The notes: a model not told the origin generated them from the sequence alone. Positions 24,960 through 37,654 are shown, counted from the stretch's first letter. The stretch: 64,000 bases of DNA from Octopus sinensis (GCF_006345805.1 NC_042998.1:50902001-50966000); one strand, 5' to 3'. Numbers and translations: made by a program.

Positions 24960-25210
24960 GCACAACAGCCTCCACAAGGACATGTGTTACATCAAAAATT
25001 CTTGGTTGGGGATGCAAATCCTCTCATTTGCGTACGACATAATGCGGCAGCAGCATAGAATTGAAGCGTCCATCTCTTTCTTGAGAGAAGAAAGAGATGG
25101 ACGCTTCAATTCTATGCTGCTGCCGCATTATGTCGTACGCGAATGAGAGGATTTGCATCCCCAACCAAGAATTTTTGATGTAACACATGTCCTTGTGGAG
25201 GCTGTTGTGC

Positions 25211-25288
25211 GCGGCTGAAGAAGGCCACAGACATACATTATGCATTGTTATAAATCTGTCTAATAAAGGCCCGAAACATATGTACCGC
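25211..25288 (+). ncRNA. Type I hammerhead ribozyme motif with extended helix II
   Basis: GCGG-CTGAAGA-A-GGCC(ACAGA...TCTGT...)GGCC-C-GAAA-CATATG-TA-CCGC. Helix I GCGG/CCGC, palindromic helix III ACATATGT, GUA site (cut predicted after 25284). Confidence 0.8.
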
Positions 25289-28015
25289 TGAATCCTTCGC
25301 ATCATGTTTTTATTTTGATCAATTTACATATATATATATACATATATATATATAACAGGCCTCTTTCAGTTTCTGTCTATCAAATCCACTCACAAGGCTT
25401 TGGTGAGCCTGAGGCTATGGTAGAAGACACTTGCATAATGTGCCACGCAGTAGGACTGAACCCGGAACCATATGGTTGGTAAGCAAGCTACTTACCACAC
25501 AGCCACTCCTGTGCCTAAATACTATTCTTTAATAAGTAAGTATTGGGATTGATTTGTTGAGCAAAAACCCTTCAAGGCAGTGCCCCAGCATGGCCACAGT
25601 CCAATGACTAAAATAAGTGAAAGGATATCTTTTCTGTTGATTTGGCTCAGCAAAATTTATAAGGATACCTGAAAGTGTTGCCCAAGGTGTCACACAGTGG
25701 GACTGAACTCAGAACCATATGGCTGAGAAGCAAGCTTTTTACCACACAGCCACACTTGATCAATCAATACCATCAAGTATGGTTGTGAATTGACCCCAAA
25801 TAAAGGGTTGTCATGTTCATCTGCTTTGTACTCAAATCACTGACAGTAAAAGAAAAACCTTAAAAAATCTTTTAAAAGGCTTCATGTGAAAAGTAAACTA
25901 AAGAAAAATAATAATGATGTGAGAAAGACAAGTTAATCTCCTATTGTGGAATTAACTTCTCCTTTCTTTATACCTCATGTTTTTGAAGAGACATTATGGC
26001 TGGCTGCAGTCAAGCCCTGTGCAGATTGCAATGTAGTTTAAATATTAAGTTGAAATCAATGAAGAGAATACCACCAAACCTTAATTCAAAATAAGGTTTG
26101 GTATCAGGGAGAGCAGCCAAGTGTAAAATATTAATAGTACTTCAACAACTGTTATCCAACACATGAAAAAAGTGGACCTAAAAAAGATGGTGGTGGTGGT
26201 GGTGGTGGTGGTGATGGTGGTATCGGTATTGGTACTGGTGGTAGTGGTAGTAATAACAATGGTAACAACAACAACGATGGTGGTGTTGGAGGTGATGGTA
26301 TTGGTGGTGGTGGGGGTATTGTTAGTGGTGGTTGTATTGGTGGTGGTGATGGTGGTAGTGGTGGGAATGACAATGATGATGGTGGTGGTGGTGGTGATGG
26401 TCGTGGCTGCAGTTGGGTGGAAGGGTTGTGGGGATTGTGGTGGTGGTTGCAGTGGTGGCAGTAATGGTGTAAAAGGATTTCCTGCATTTAAATTTTTGTT
26501 TTTGGGTGATGCCCCCAAACAATGCAGCACTTTCAAAAGCAATCAGCGGCTCCAAAGTGCTGATAACATTGACATCACAGAGCTCAGATTGTTAAACGGT
26601 GATTCTTATCAGACAATATACCTATAGAAATTGATTCTATTGTGATTCTTCCTATTTCTCCCATGCCTCTTGCATTATCTCCTCCATCTTGTGTGACCTT
26701 AAATCTTTCAGTTAGCGGAAGCCAACAAAGTTTCCTACAGAATATTGAAGAATATTATTTGCACATCATTTAAAGATTTCGGTGGGGTGGGGGGTATTTT
26801 TTGTCTTTTCTTTTGTTTCCTGATATCATGCCAACTCTGTACATACACTTCCTGAAGTAAAAGTAAATAAATTTCTTATCATTTCTCGTCTCACTAAAAA
26901 TGAGCTGGGCAGATGGCATACAGATTGTTAGCGCTATTTCATAAACAATTTAAGAATTCTTCCATCTGCTCTGGTCATTTAGTCCTTTCCTATTCTACTC
27001 TATTTTTCTTAATGAGTTTTAATTATTTATTATCATATACTTTATCAATATTTTCCAGCTGTTAACATTTCCATTTCTTGGATTTTTGGAATCACCAGTA
27101 GACATTCAGCAAAGAGATTTAGTCTGTTACAATTTAAACATTTGAAATTTTCCTAAAATATATTAGCGCAACATGTTGATATGGTGAATTATTATCTTTC
27201 TTAAATTGCATCTAACAATCATCGGCATCGTCATCGTTGTCGGCGTCGTCATCATCATCATCATAGTTGTCATCATCGGAGTCACCATGTTTGTCATTGA
27301 CATCATCGATGTTAATAATTATCGTCGTCGTCGTCGTCATCATCATCATTATCATCATCATCGTTGTCATCATCATCATTGTCACCATCATCGTTGTCAT
27401 CATCATCATTGTCACCATCAGAGTCACCATGTTTGTCATTGACATCATCGATGTTAATAATTATCATCACCAGCATCAGCATCATCATCAGTATCATCAT
27501 CATCAGCATCCCCATCATCATCGTTTTTAATGTCCACTTTTCTATGCTTGCACATGGGTCGGATAAAGTTTACCGAGGCAGGTGTTCTGCAGCCAGATGA
27601 CCAACCTTCCTGATGCTTAAACTCCCACCCGTTTCTAAATAAAGTAGTGTTTCTCCATGGCCAGACATGTTTTCATAGAATATTAGAAATGAACATCACT
27701 GCTTACATGACAGTGACAGTAATTTTACAACTATTACAAGATATCAAGACAAGGAAACACATACACACACATTTGCTTACATGGCCACATACACACATAG
27801 ATACAAGACTTTTCTGAGGTTTAAAATGTGACAGTGTTCTCGCTATCTACATTCCAACGATGGAGCTTTGTATCTTTGTTAGAAAATAGCTCCTGTTTCT
27901 AATTACCGACACAAGGCCAGCAATTTTGAAATGAATGGATTAGTCAATATCACAGAACCTAATCCTTGAGCAGTGCTTTATCCCTTCAGGGTCAATAAAA
28001 TTAAGCACTGTTCAA

Positions 28016-28455
28016 GGCATAGGAGTGGCTGTGTGGTAAGTTGCTTGCTTACGAACTACATGGCTCCAAGTTCAGTCCCACTGCATGGCACCTTGGGCAA
28101 GTGTCTTCTACTATAGCCTCGGGTCAACCAAAGCCTTGTGAGTGGATTTGGTAGATGGAAACTGAAAGAAGCCTGTTGTATATATATGTATGTATGTATG
28201 TATGTGTGTGTGTGTGTGGTGTGTGCGTGAGTGTGTGTGTGTGTATACATTTGTGTGTCTGTGTTTGTCACCCCAACGTCGCTTGACAACCGATGCTGGT
28301 GTGTTTACGTCCCCATAACTTAGTGGTTCGGTAAAAGAGACCAATAGAATAAGTACTAGGCTTACAAAGTCCTGGGGTCGATTTGCTCGATTAAAAGTGG
28401 TGCTCCAGCATGGCCACAGTCAAATGATTGAAACAAGGAAAAGAGTAAAGAGAGA
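28016..28455 (+). mobile_element. SINE family A copy
   Basis: Reverse complement of the 285-662 type. Confidence 0.85.
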
Positions 28456-29193
28456 GTATAATTAAAAACAGAAAAGAACATACATATATAAATAATTCCT
28501 AACCCATGTATTGTGTACTACTATATTTGTTTGTCCATTTACTTGAATAGAGTCCCTCCTAGCATGTGGCATTTATGTATAGTAATGCTCTCTATATAAT
28601 ATGAATAAATATATTTAAGAGAAAAATTGGTGGATTTTTCTCTTATGAGGTTTTTCACGCTAACTACTTGATAAATACTTATAAAGAATTCTTATAAAGA
28701 ATTTATCCTATTTTAAAATTATGTATACACATACACACACACACAATAGGCTTCTGTCAGTTTCTGTTTACTAATTCCAATTACAAAGCTTAGTTGCCCA
28801 GGGATGTGGTACAAGACTTTGCTTAAGTGGTCCTGCAGTGATACTGAACCCAGAACCATGTATTTGGACAGCAAAGCTCTTACCAAAGCCTTGGATGGAA
28901 AAAGACAAAGACTACCAATGAGGCATAAACCTACATGTAATCATGACAGATGTTTTGCCTCTCTAATTTTTAGGCTGGCAAAAGTTTTTATCTCTAACAA
29001 AGCAAGTAAACAATGCTGCTAATCCAATTATAATAATTGTTTGTAATTACTGACACACAGCCAGCAATTTTCAAGTGAAGGGATTAGTCAATAATACTGA
29101 CCATAGTACTTGAGCAGTGTTTAATTTTATTGACCCTGAAGGGACGAAGCACTGCTCAAGGACTAGGATCAGTAGTAATGACTAACCCTATAT

Positions 29194-29425
29194 AGGCGGC
29201 AGGCTGGCAGAAACGTTAGCACACCGGGCGAAATGCGTAGCCGTATTTCGTCTGCCGTTACGTTCTGAGTTCAAATTCCGCCGAGGTTGACTTTGCCTTT
29301 CATCCTTTTGGGGTCGATTAAATAAGTACCAGTTACGCACTGGGGTCGATATAATCGACTTAATTCGTTTGTCTGTTCTTCCTTGTCCCCTCTGTGTTTA
29401 GCCCCTTGTGGGCAATAAAGAAATA
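29194..29425 (+). mobile_element. SINE family C with Meta-domain-like core (representative copy)
   Basis: GGCGGCAGGCTGGCAGAAACGTTAGC...GAGTTCAAATTCC...GCCTTTCATCCTTT.GGGGTCGAT...AAGTACC. Other copies at ~14005-14207(-), 14625-14836(-), 40100-40320(+), 48822-49052(-), 49595-49835(-) and 49868-50075(+). Confidence 0.78.
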
Positions 29426-30816
29426 GGTATTGACTAATCCCTTCATTTCAAAATTGTTGGCCTTGTGTCGGTAATTACAAACAATTAGATCAGTCCCACT
29501 GCATGGCACCTTGTGCAAGTGTCTTCAACTACAGCCCCAGGTTGAACAATGCTTGTGAGTGAATTGGGTAGAGTGAAACTGTGAGAACCCATTGTATAAA
29601 AGAAAAAAGGGGTAAAGACCCCCTTCAGTCATGAATGACCATGGGATTGACCTAGAAAGTTCCCCTCTGAGGTACAAGGCCAGGCAAGGTTGTTTATGGA
29701 AGGCCAGCATTCACCCATGCATACCAACCTCCCCTCTTCATATCACCAATGTTATCCAAGGGAGAGGCAAAGACCAATACAACTTGGCACCAGTGACATC
29801 ACAACTCATCTTTACAGCTGAGTGTTTTGTTTGCAAACACAACATACAGCCCAATCTGGGAATCGAACTCACTACCTCATGATTGTGAACCCAACACTCT
29901 AACCACTGAGCCATATGCCTTCACACCATCGTGTGTGTGTGTGTGGTGTGTGTGTGTGTGTGTTTGTACTTGTGCTTGTTTCCCCATTACCACTCAATAA
30001 TTGGTGTTGCTTTGTTTACATCCCTATTAGGGGGTTGTTTACATAAGCAAAAGGATAAAAACTGGGAGCAACCAAATTTGAAATACAAAATGACTTTTGC
30101 ACCACCTTGTATAATAAACAGCCTCAGCACCATTCTACCATTCTAACCAACCCTTCTCTACTCTTTTCTTGTCTTATCATCACTCACACTATCTCTCATT
30201 ACCACTCAGGGACCACATCAACTTCTTTGCTACTTCTTTCCTCCTCAAAATGTATATCGTCCGGAATTCCCTTTCACCCCCACCTCCCGCCCTCCATGAT
30301 ATTTTCTGCTAACTTTGACTTATAGATCTTCAAGCTGAACGTCTTCTATATTGATCTCCGCTGCTTTTGGAAAACCTCCAAAGGTGATGAGCACTGCCAC
30401 TTCTTTTGCTCATCTGTTTCTGTCATTGGGTTGCAGCCATGCAATTTCATGAACTGCATGGGGTAACTTATTAAATCAGTCTCTTTTGCTGAACCACTAA
30501 GTTACAGGGACATAAACAAACCAATACTGGTCAGCAAGCAGCGGAGGAGGCAACAAACACAATAACGAAGACACACATACATACATATATATAATACAAA
30601 CATATGCACAGCCACACATACAATAGTCTTCAGCACAGTTTCTAACATATTCACTCTCAATGCATTCATCCATAAATTTTCTTTTTACATGCATATTGTG
30701 TGACTATGTGTACGTTTATGTGTCAGTGTATATGTATATGTGTGTTTGTACACCTGGCTTGTGTGAATTTTAAAGCTAATTTGCATGGGTTTAATGTGTG
30801 CACATGTGTATATTCT

Positions 30817-30864
<48 letters not shown>

Positions 30865-31081
30865 TTTCCCTATGTGTATGTACATCTATGTACCAAGCAA
30901 AATTATGTATATTTCTAAATGTTTCTATATATGCATGTAACTAAGTGTGCTTCTTTGAGTATGTGTATGTATGTATGTATGTATGTGTATAAGTATTGCT
31001 AAGGTGTGTCACCAATCAAAGAATAATGGGCAATTTCTTTCTTCAAAAGCAGTAAACAATAAAATTCCAGTTCCAACTTAC

Positions 31082-31212
31082 TCTGCTGGAAGGCACCAAG
31101 TTTTAGGAAATATATCATAGTCTTTGGGGAACATCTTACGCATGCGAGTCATATTGCGTGCCAGAAGATCTTTGCGGCAAATTTCGTTCATTCCTGGGAA
31201 ATGATTGATTTT
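31082..31212 (-). CDS. TTLL6: Tubulin polyglutamylase TTLL6/TTLL13-like, internal coding exon
   Basis: Manual minus-strand translation gives KINHFPGMNEICRKDLLARNMTRMRKMFPKDYDIFPKTWCLPA(D), the conserved TTL-domain start of TTLL6/13. It is flanked by a cacag acceptor and a gtaag donor. Length 131 bp (43 codons + 2 nt), so the phase matches the next exon. Not in the ORF track. TTLL6 vs TTLL13 cannot be resolved. Confidence 0.92.
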
Positions 31213-31645
31213 CTGTGAATCAAATGAACAGAAAATAGTTTTTTTTAATACAAAAATAGGATTTTGTTGTCACAAATTTCAGCAAACATGCACATATGTG
31301 GGTGCACAAAAACACACTCAAACGTATGCAAACACACCTGTACATGCACAAACACATACATGCATATGCAGACACACTTGCATATGCATACACACACAAA
31401 CACACACACACATACACACATATATATATATACATAAGTATGTGCATACATATATAGACAGTTAATAGGCAAACTCATAAGAGTGTCAGGTAGGATGACT
31501 TGTGGTATTCATTCAGGCTTTCTGCATTTAAAGTTCAAATCCTGCTATGGTCCACTTTCTCCTTCAAACATTTTTGGGTCAATAAATAAAGAATCAGGTT
31601 ATAGCAGTGGGTTGGCAAAATTATTAAGGGAATGAATGAAATTCC

Positions 31646-32046
31646 TTTACTCTTTTACTTGTTTCAGTCATTTGACTGTGACCATGCTGGAGCACCACCT
31701 TTAGTCAAGCAAATCGAGCCCAGGCTTTATTCATTGTAAGCCTAGTACTTATTCTATTGATCTCTTTTGCCAAACCACTAAGTTACGGGGACGTAAACAC
31801 ACCAGCATAGGTTGTCAAGCAATGTTGGGGGGACAAACACAGACAAACAAACACACACACACATATATATGTATACATATGTACAACAGGCTTCTTTCAG
31901 TTTCCGTCTACCAAACCCACTCACAAGGCTTTGGTCGACCCAAGGCTATAGTAGAAGGCACTTGCCCAAGGTGCCACACAGTGGGACTGAACCCGGAACC
32001 ATGTGGTTCATAAGCAAGCTACTTACCACACAGCCACTCCTATGCC
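31646..32046 (-). mobile_element. SINE family A copy
   Basis: High similarity to 285-662. Confidence 0.85.
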
Positions 32047-32842
32047 TACGCCGCTCCTGATCATATTTAATCCAAACTTCCCCTTTGTTTTCTGAATGCA
32101 TATATTGCTTAGGTGCTAAAAAAATGCACCCTTGCTAACAAGCAGGACAAGTAAAATAATTCTTTGACACAACAGCTAAATGATGATATGTGTTAGATGG
32201 TATCAACAAGGTTCCTCCCAGTTGGAGACACATCTACCAGAATTGTAATATACATACATGCATATACAGGTACATACATACATACATACATAAAGGTAAG
32301 GTAAGGTGAAGGCACATGGCTCAGTGGTTAGAGTGTCATGAGGTTGTGGAGACTGATTCCTGGACCAGGCAGTGTTGTGTTCTTGAGCAAGACATTTTAT
32401 TTCAGGTTGCTCCAGTTCACTCAGCAGTAGAAATGAGTTGCGACATCATTGGTGTTTTGCTGTATTGGCCTTTGACTTTCCCTTGGATAACATCGGTGAC
32501 AGGAAGAGAGGAGACTGGTATGCCTGGGCGACTGCTGGTCTTCCAGAAACAACCTTGTCCAGACATGTGCATAGGAGGGGAACTTTCTAGGTGTAATCCC
32601 ATGATCATTCATGACCAAAGGGGTCTATACCTCTTTTTTCTTTTACATACATACCTACATGCATACATACATATATTTATCTTATGAAGTCAACAGTCTA
32701 CCCTGAGTTTATTCACTCACCCTGGTGCACTGAGTTGTATACAAGATGTTTGCACTATGAAAAATGTATTATCGATATATTTTACTACTGTTACATTACT
32801 ATATATATATATATCAACTACACACATATATATATGTGTATA

Positions 32843-32932
<90 letters not shown>

Positions 32933-33058
32933 CGGGAAGGTTTACAAAAATAAACAAAAGACGAAGGCAGGTTTACGAAAATAAACAAGAGAGGAAGGCA
33001 GATGGAGTACAAACAAACAATGTATTAGTATGGCGCTCAGGAATAGAAATAAAACAAG

Positions 33059-33096
33059 TCTTTTATGTTTCGAGCCTACGCTCTTCGACAGAAAGA
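33059..33096 (-). ncRNA. Minimal hammerhead-like motif, variant or decayed
   Basis: Minus strand: TCTTT-CTGTCGA-A-GAGC-GTAG-GCTC-GAAA-CA-TA-AAAGA. Helix I is 5 bp and helix II 4 bp. The core has U at position 6, and helix III ACAT is probably decayed from ACGT. Lies in a ~220-bp element (32931-33150) abutting (TA)n. Confidence 0.58.
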
Positions 33097-33153
33097 TACA
33101 CAGAAAAGAAACAAGGAGAGAAAAAAATTGCGTGTAGGGGCTAACGATCCAAC

Positions 33154-33518
33154 ATACCTATCATGCTACCAATAGTTTCCCGTACATGCATACGTCCATC
33201 AGTCACCAATTGCACTATACTCCCAAAACTTTAGTTTAAATAGAGGACCTGTTTAGAACCGGCACAAAGATAAAACAGGTCTAATGGAGGATACCACCTT
33301 GATGAGTAAAATAAAATAAAATATAAATATTTTACTTTATTTTATCTTATTTTATTTTATTTTAACATTCAAGGTGGTTTCTTCCATTAGACATGTTTAA
33401 TTTTTGTGCTGGTACTAAATTCGTTCCTCTATTTAAAGTAAAGTTTTAGGAGTATAGCGCAACTGGCACCTGATGAATGTAAGCATGTATAGGAAACTGT
33501 TAGTAGCATGATAGGTAT
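33154..33518. mobile_element. Old diverged palindrome with decayed hammerhead motifs
   Basis: Inverted arms of ~170 bp around an AT-rich centre. Right arm 33470-33505 reads CTGATGA-A-TGTAAGCATGTATAG-GAAA-CTGTTAG-TA. Left arm (reverse complement) reads CTGATGG-A-CGTATGCATGTACG-G-GAAA-CTATTGG-TA. Confidence 0.65.
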
Positions 33519-34928
33519 ATGTAGTTGAAACGTTTAGTAATACTGAACTCTCATTGAATGGAGTACTCTTCATATTGACTTTTACACAGTTAATTTCTTA
33601 TATATATATTTATATCAATTTAATATGGAACAAAAAGGGCTACTAATAGTTTCATGCTTTTATGAGACTTAAACTAGACATATTTATAAAAAAATGCCAT
33701 ATATCTCCAAGAAATTTTTCAGTGTTTATTTATGCATTATTTTAAAAACAAGGATGCTGGACAGTGAGAAAATAAGAAAAAATTTGAAAATTTTTTCTTA
33801 TTTCAAAACATTGAACAATGTTAAGAAGGTTGATGCAAGAAATGGAATGAAAGGCAAAAAACAAATATTCATGTCCTCAATTAATTACATTTGGTATGAA
33901 ATAAAATAATAGAAAATATGTCAAAGTCTGTGAGACAGCAGCTCAATCCAGAGCATGTGGTATTCTTCAATTTAAGAAAAGATACTTATTCATCTGTTTA
34001 CACCTGCTAAAAATTCCAGATCTGAAATTAAGCAGTATGTTGGAATTGTTAGATCTAAGAATATGAAGGACATTATAAATCATAAAAATCACCAAGAGCC
34101 CACTTTCAGTTGTAACTACCAACACCATGAAGCCTGCCCATTTGACCATGTGTGTATGATAAACTCTGTATCCCATTGAACTATAGTAAGAGGTTTCTAA
34201 CCTCAAATTGTTTTTATTAAAGAGAAAAAAAGAACAATGTTTTTGGGAAGCAGCGATTGGCAGGTGTCGTCTGCTTCCCTCATCAATATTGTTATTTTAC
34301 TCATCATTCATTTCCTTTGTTGTTGTTGTCCAGCCCGTATTTGCTTCCATCTATTTAAAGCCTTTATGGCTAATTTGATGAAATAAAGAAGTTTGCTTCC
34401 CAATCACATGGTTTCGGTTTCAGTCCTACTGTGTGGCACCTTGGGTAAGTGTCTTGAACTACAGCTTCAGGTCATCCAAAGCCTTGTGAGTGGATTTGGT
34501 AGACAGAAACTGAAGGAAGCTCATCATGTGTGTGGGGGGGATGGGGTGTGTGGGGGAGGGTCGCGTGTGTGGGGACGGTGTGGGGGGAGTGCGTGCGTGC
34601 TTGTGTGTGTGTGTGTGTGCATGTATGTGTCTTTGTAGCTGAGGATGTGCCCCCATCACTGCTTACCAACTTGTGTTGTTGTGTTTATGTCTCCATAACA
34701 TAGCAGTTCAGCAAAAGAGACTGATAGAATAAGTACCAGGCTTTAAAAATAATAAGTACTGGGATTAATTCATTCTACTAAAAATACTTTGAGGCAGTAC
34801 CCCAGCATGGCCATAGTCAAATGACTAAAACAAGTAAAAGATAAAAATTAATATATATATATGTATATGTGAGACTCTGTGTGTGTGTGTGTGTTATCAT
34901 CAGAAAAAGGTAATTAAAATTCATTAAA

Positions 34929-35997
34929 ATGACAGATCTATTGGACTTTCAAAGAGGTCAAACTATTGGTGCTTGTATAGCAAGCACTAGTGTAACAAAA
35001 ACAACCGAAATGTTTGGTGCATCAAGTACTGTCTCAAAAGTAATGGCAGCCTTTGAGAAAGAGGGAAAAACCTCCTTGTCAAAACAAAACTCTGGAAGAA
35101 AACTTTCAGATAGGGACCGTCAGACTCTTATGCAAATTGTTAGAAAAGTTCACAAAGTACAGCTCCCAAAATGACTGCAGAGCTTAATGACTACCTCGAG
35201 AACCCAGTTTCCACAAAACTGTTCACCAGGAACTGCACAAAGCTGGATTTCACAGGAGGGCTGCAATCAGAAAAGCACTTCTTTCAAAACCAAATGTTGC
35301 AAAGCATTTAGAGTGGAGTAAAAACCTACAGAATTGGTCCCTAGAGTAGTGGAAGAATGTTATTTTCTCAGACAAGTCATCCTTTACCTTATTTCCGACC
35401 ACCAGCCGAGTATACATATGAAGACAGCCAAAAGAAGTATTTGACCCAGACTGCCTTTTCCCAACTGTTACACATGGAGGAGGATCTGTGATGATCTGGG
35501 GGGCACTATATCTTGGAAATCTGCCAGTCCAATGGTTTCTCTTTATGGCAGAATTAATAGTCAAGACTATTTAAGCATTTTATCTGATCAAATTCATCCT
35601 ATGGTTGTGGAACTGTTTCTGGAGGGAAATGCAATCTTTCAGGATGATAATGCACCAATTCACACAGCTAAAGTTGTTACTGAATGGCACGAGGAACATT
35701 CTTGTGAAGTTGAACATCTTATCTGGCCAACACAGTCCCCAGATCTCAATATTATTGAACATTTATGGTGCATTTTAGAAAAACAAGTAAGGAGTCGATA
35801 TCCTCCACCATCATCACTACAAGAACTGGAGGCTGTTTTAGCTGAAGAATAGACAAAAATTCCTTTGGAAACAATTCAAACTATCTATGATCATACCTCG
35901 TAGAATTCAAGCTGTAAGTTCTGCCAAAGGCAGTCTTACCCCATGTTAAGATAAATTTTAAATTTTAAGACGTTTCCATTATTTTGTCCAACTCCTG
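34929..35997 (+). pseudogene. Decayed Tc1-like transposon (catalytic spacing DD36E)
   Basis: Fragments MTDLLDFQRGQTIG...GRKLSDRDRQ, FSDKSSF, HGGGSVMIWG and FQDDNAPIH...WPTQSPDLNIIEHLW, with frameshifts and stops. Right TIR-like end TTTCCATTATTTTGTCCAACTCCTG-TA. Confidence 0.85.
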
Positions 35998-36597
35998 TAT
36001 ATGTGTGTATGAATGTATGTGCATATGCATGTATGTGTGTGTGTGTGTATATGTATGTGTGTATGTGTGTGTCTGAGCCTGTGCATTTGTGTTTGTGTGT
36101 ACTCTGGTCTACACATCATGTGATGTTTGTTAAAGTGCATCATCATCATAATCATCATCCATGTAAGGTTGTTCAGTTTAAATCTTCTTGAAAAAAAACA
36201 TTTCCCGGCTAAGGTAACACATTATCTTGTCTGAGAAACAGGTGAGGATCAACAAGAAGAGCACCCAGCCATAGTAAAGCTGCCTCAAATAATTACATCT
36301 GACCCATGAAAGCATGGAAAAGTGGACATTAAATGATGATGATAATGATGATGAGAATCATGATGATGATGTGTGTACCTATATCCTTTGCTGCCTCTTT
36401 TTCATCATCGTTGTCATTATAAATAATTACCATCATCAAATTTTTCATATCCATTTTATCATACGATCAAGACATCTTTCAAAGCAGTGTAGAATATTCT
36501 TCATTGATCTAACTCTTATCCTTTCACAAAGCTCAGCTTCTTTTAAAGTTAAACCAGACTACTTAGCTGTTTACCTTATCCCTGTCCGTTTTTTTTT

Positions 36598-36599
36598 AC

Positions 36600-36633
<34 letters not shown>

Positions 36634-37025
36634 TCTGCTACTATTACTACCACTACTACAACTTTTAACAGCACCACCATCACAAAGACCACCACCAACA
36701 CCAACAACATCAACAAGACCACTACCACCACCACCACCACCACCACTATTACTTTTACCACCACCAGCACCACAACCGCGATTACCAACACCATCACAAA
36801 AACCATCGCTACCACCAGTACTACTACTACTACTTCTGCTACTATTACTACCACTACTACAACTTTTACCAGCAGCACCATCACAAAGACCACCACCAAC
36901 ACCAACACCATCAAGAAGACCAGTACCACCACCATCGCCACCACCACTACTACTACTACTGACCCTACTACTACCAGTACTACTGGTGCTGCTGCTGTGG
37001 CTGTTGCTGCCACTGCTGTCAGCCA
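36598..37025. repeat. Compound (ACT/ACC)n microsatellite with an internal ~200-bp duplication
   Basis: CTGCTACTATTACTACCACTACTACAACTTTTA...CACAAAGACC occurs at ~36635 and ~36836. Confidence 0.8.
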
Positions 37026-37617
37026 TTATCTCAAACAGAACTTTCAAGCGAATTTACATTTCTCAACATTCACACGAATTACATATTTTTTTTTTCCTTT
37101 TTATTTGGAAACAGCAAACCCAATCTGCTACACAGCCGGCATCGTCCATTCACACAAGTGTTCAGCATCTATCTTACATACATTCCATCTCACACTTCCA
37201 AAGAAACCTATTTAATATTTTACTCTCTGACCTCTCTGAAGAGATCTCCTGCTCTCCATAAGCTGTCTTTTGCACTTCTGCCACATGCATCAAACACCCC
37301 AGCCTTTCTACATCTTGAAGGAGTAGAATACCAATAAGGCTAGCCATTCTGCAGTGTTCTTGGAAATGTCTAACTTTTAAATGTTATGCTACTGATGTAT
37401 ATGCAATTGCATAGGAATGTGTATGTGCATAATTACACACAGGCATGGCTATGTGGTAAGAGATTTGCTTCCCAACCACATGGTTCGGGTTCAATCCCAC
37501 TGCATGGTACTTTCAGCAAGTGCTTTCTACTATAGTCTTAGGCCAACCAGAGCCTTGTGATAGGATTTGGTAGATGGAAACTGAAAGAAACCTGTTGTGT
37601 GTGTGTGTATGTATATG

Positions 37618-37648
<31 letters not shown>

Positions 37649-37654
37649 TATATA

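Larger units (their letters stand above)
24843..25327. repeat. Near-perfect 485-bp palindrome inserted in the (TA)n tract of a SINE
   Basis: 240-bp arms (24843-25082 / 25088-25327), 5-nt loop GAGAG, one mismatch seen. This explains the mirror ORFs 24865-25146 and 25024-25305. Confidence 0.95.

Noticed and set aside
22159-25305. Identical ORF pairs on opposite strands (90 aa and 93 aa)
   Set aside because: A consequence of the DNA palindromes; the peptides have no recognisable features.
26081-27600. Thr/Val/His-rich ORFs
   Set aside because: (GGT)n and (CAT)n microsatellite translations.
36314-37261. 315-aa Pro/Leu-rich ORF and its antisense ORFs
   Set aside because: Translation of compound trinucleotide microsatellites; no domain or splice evidence.
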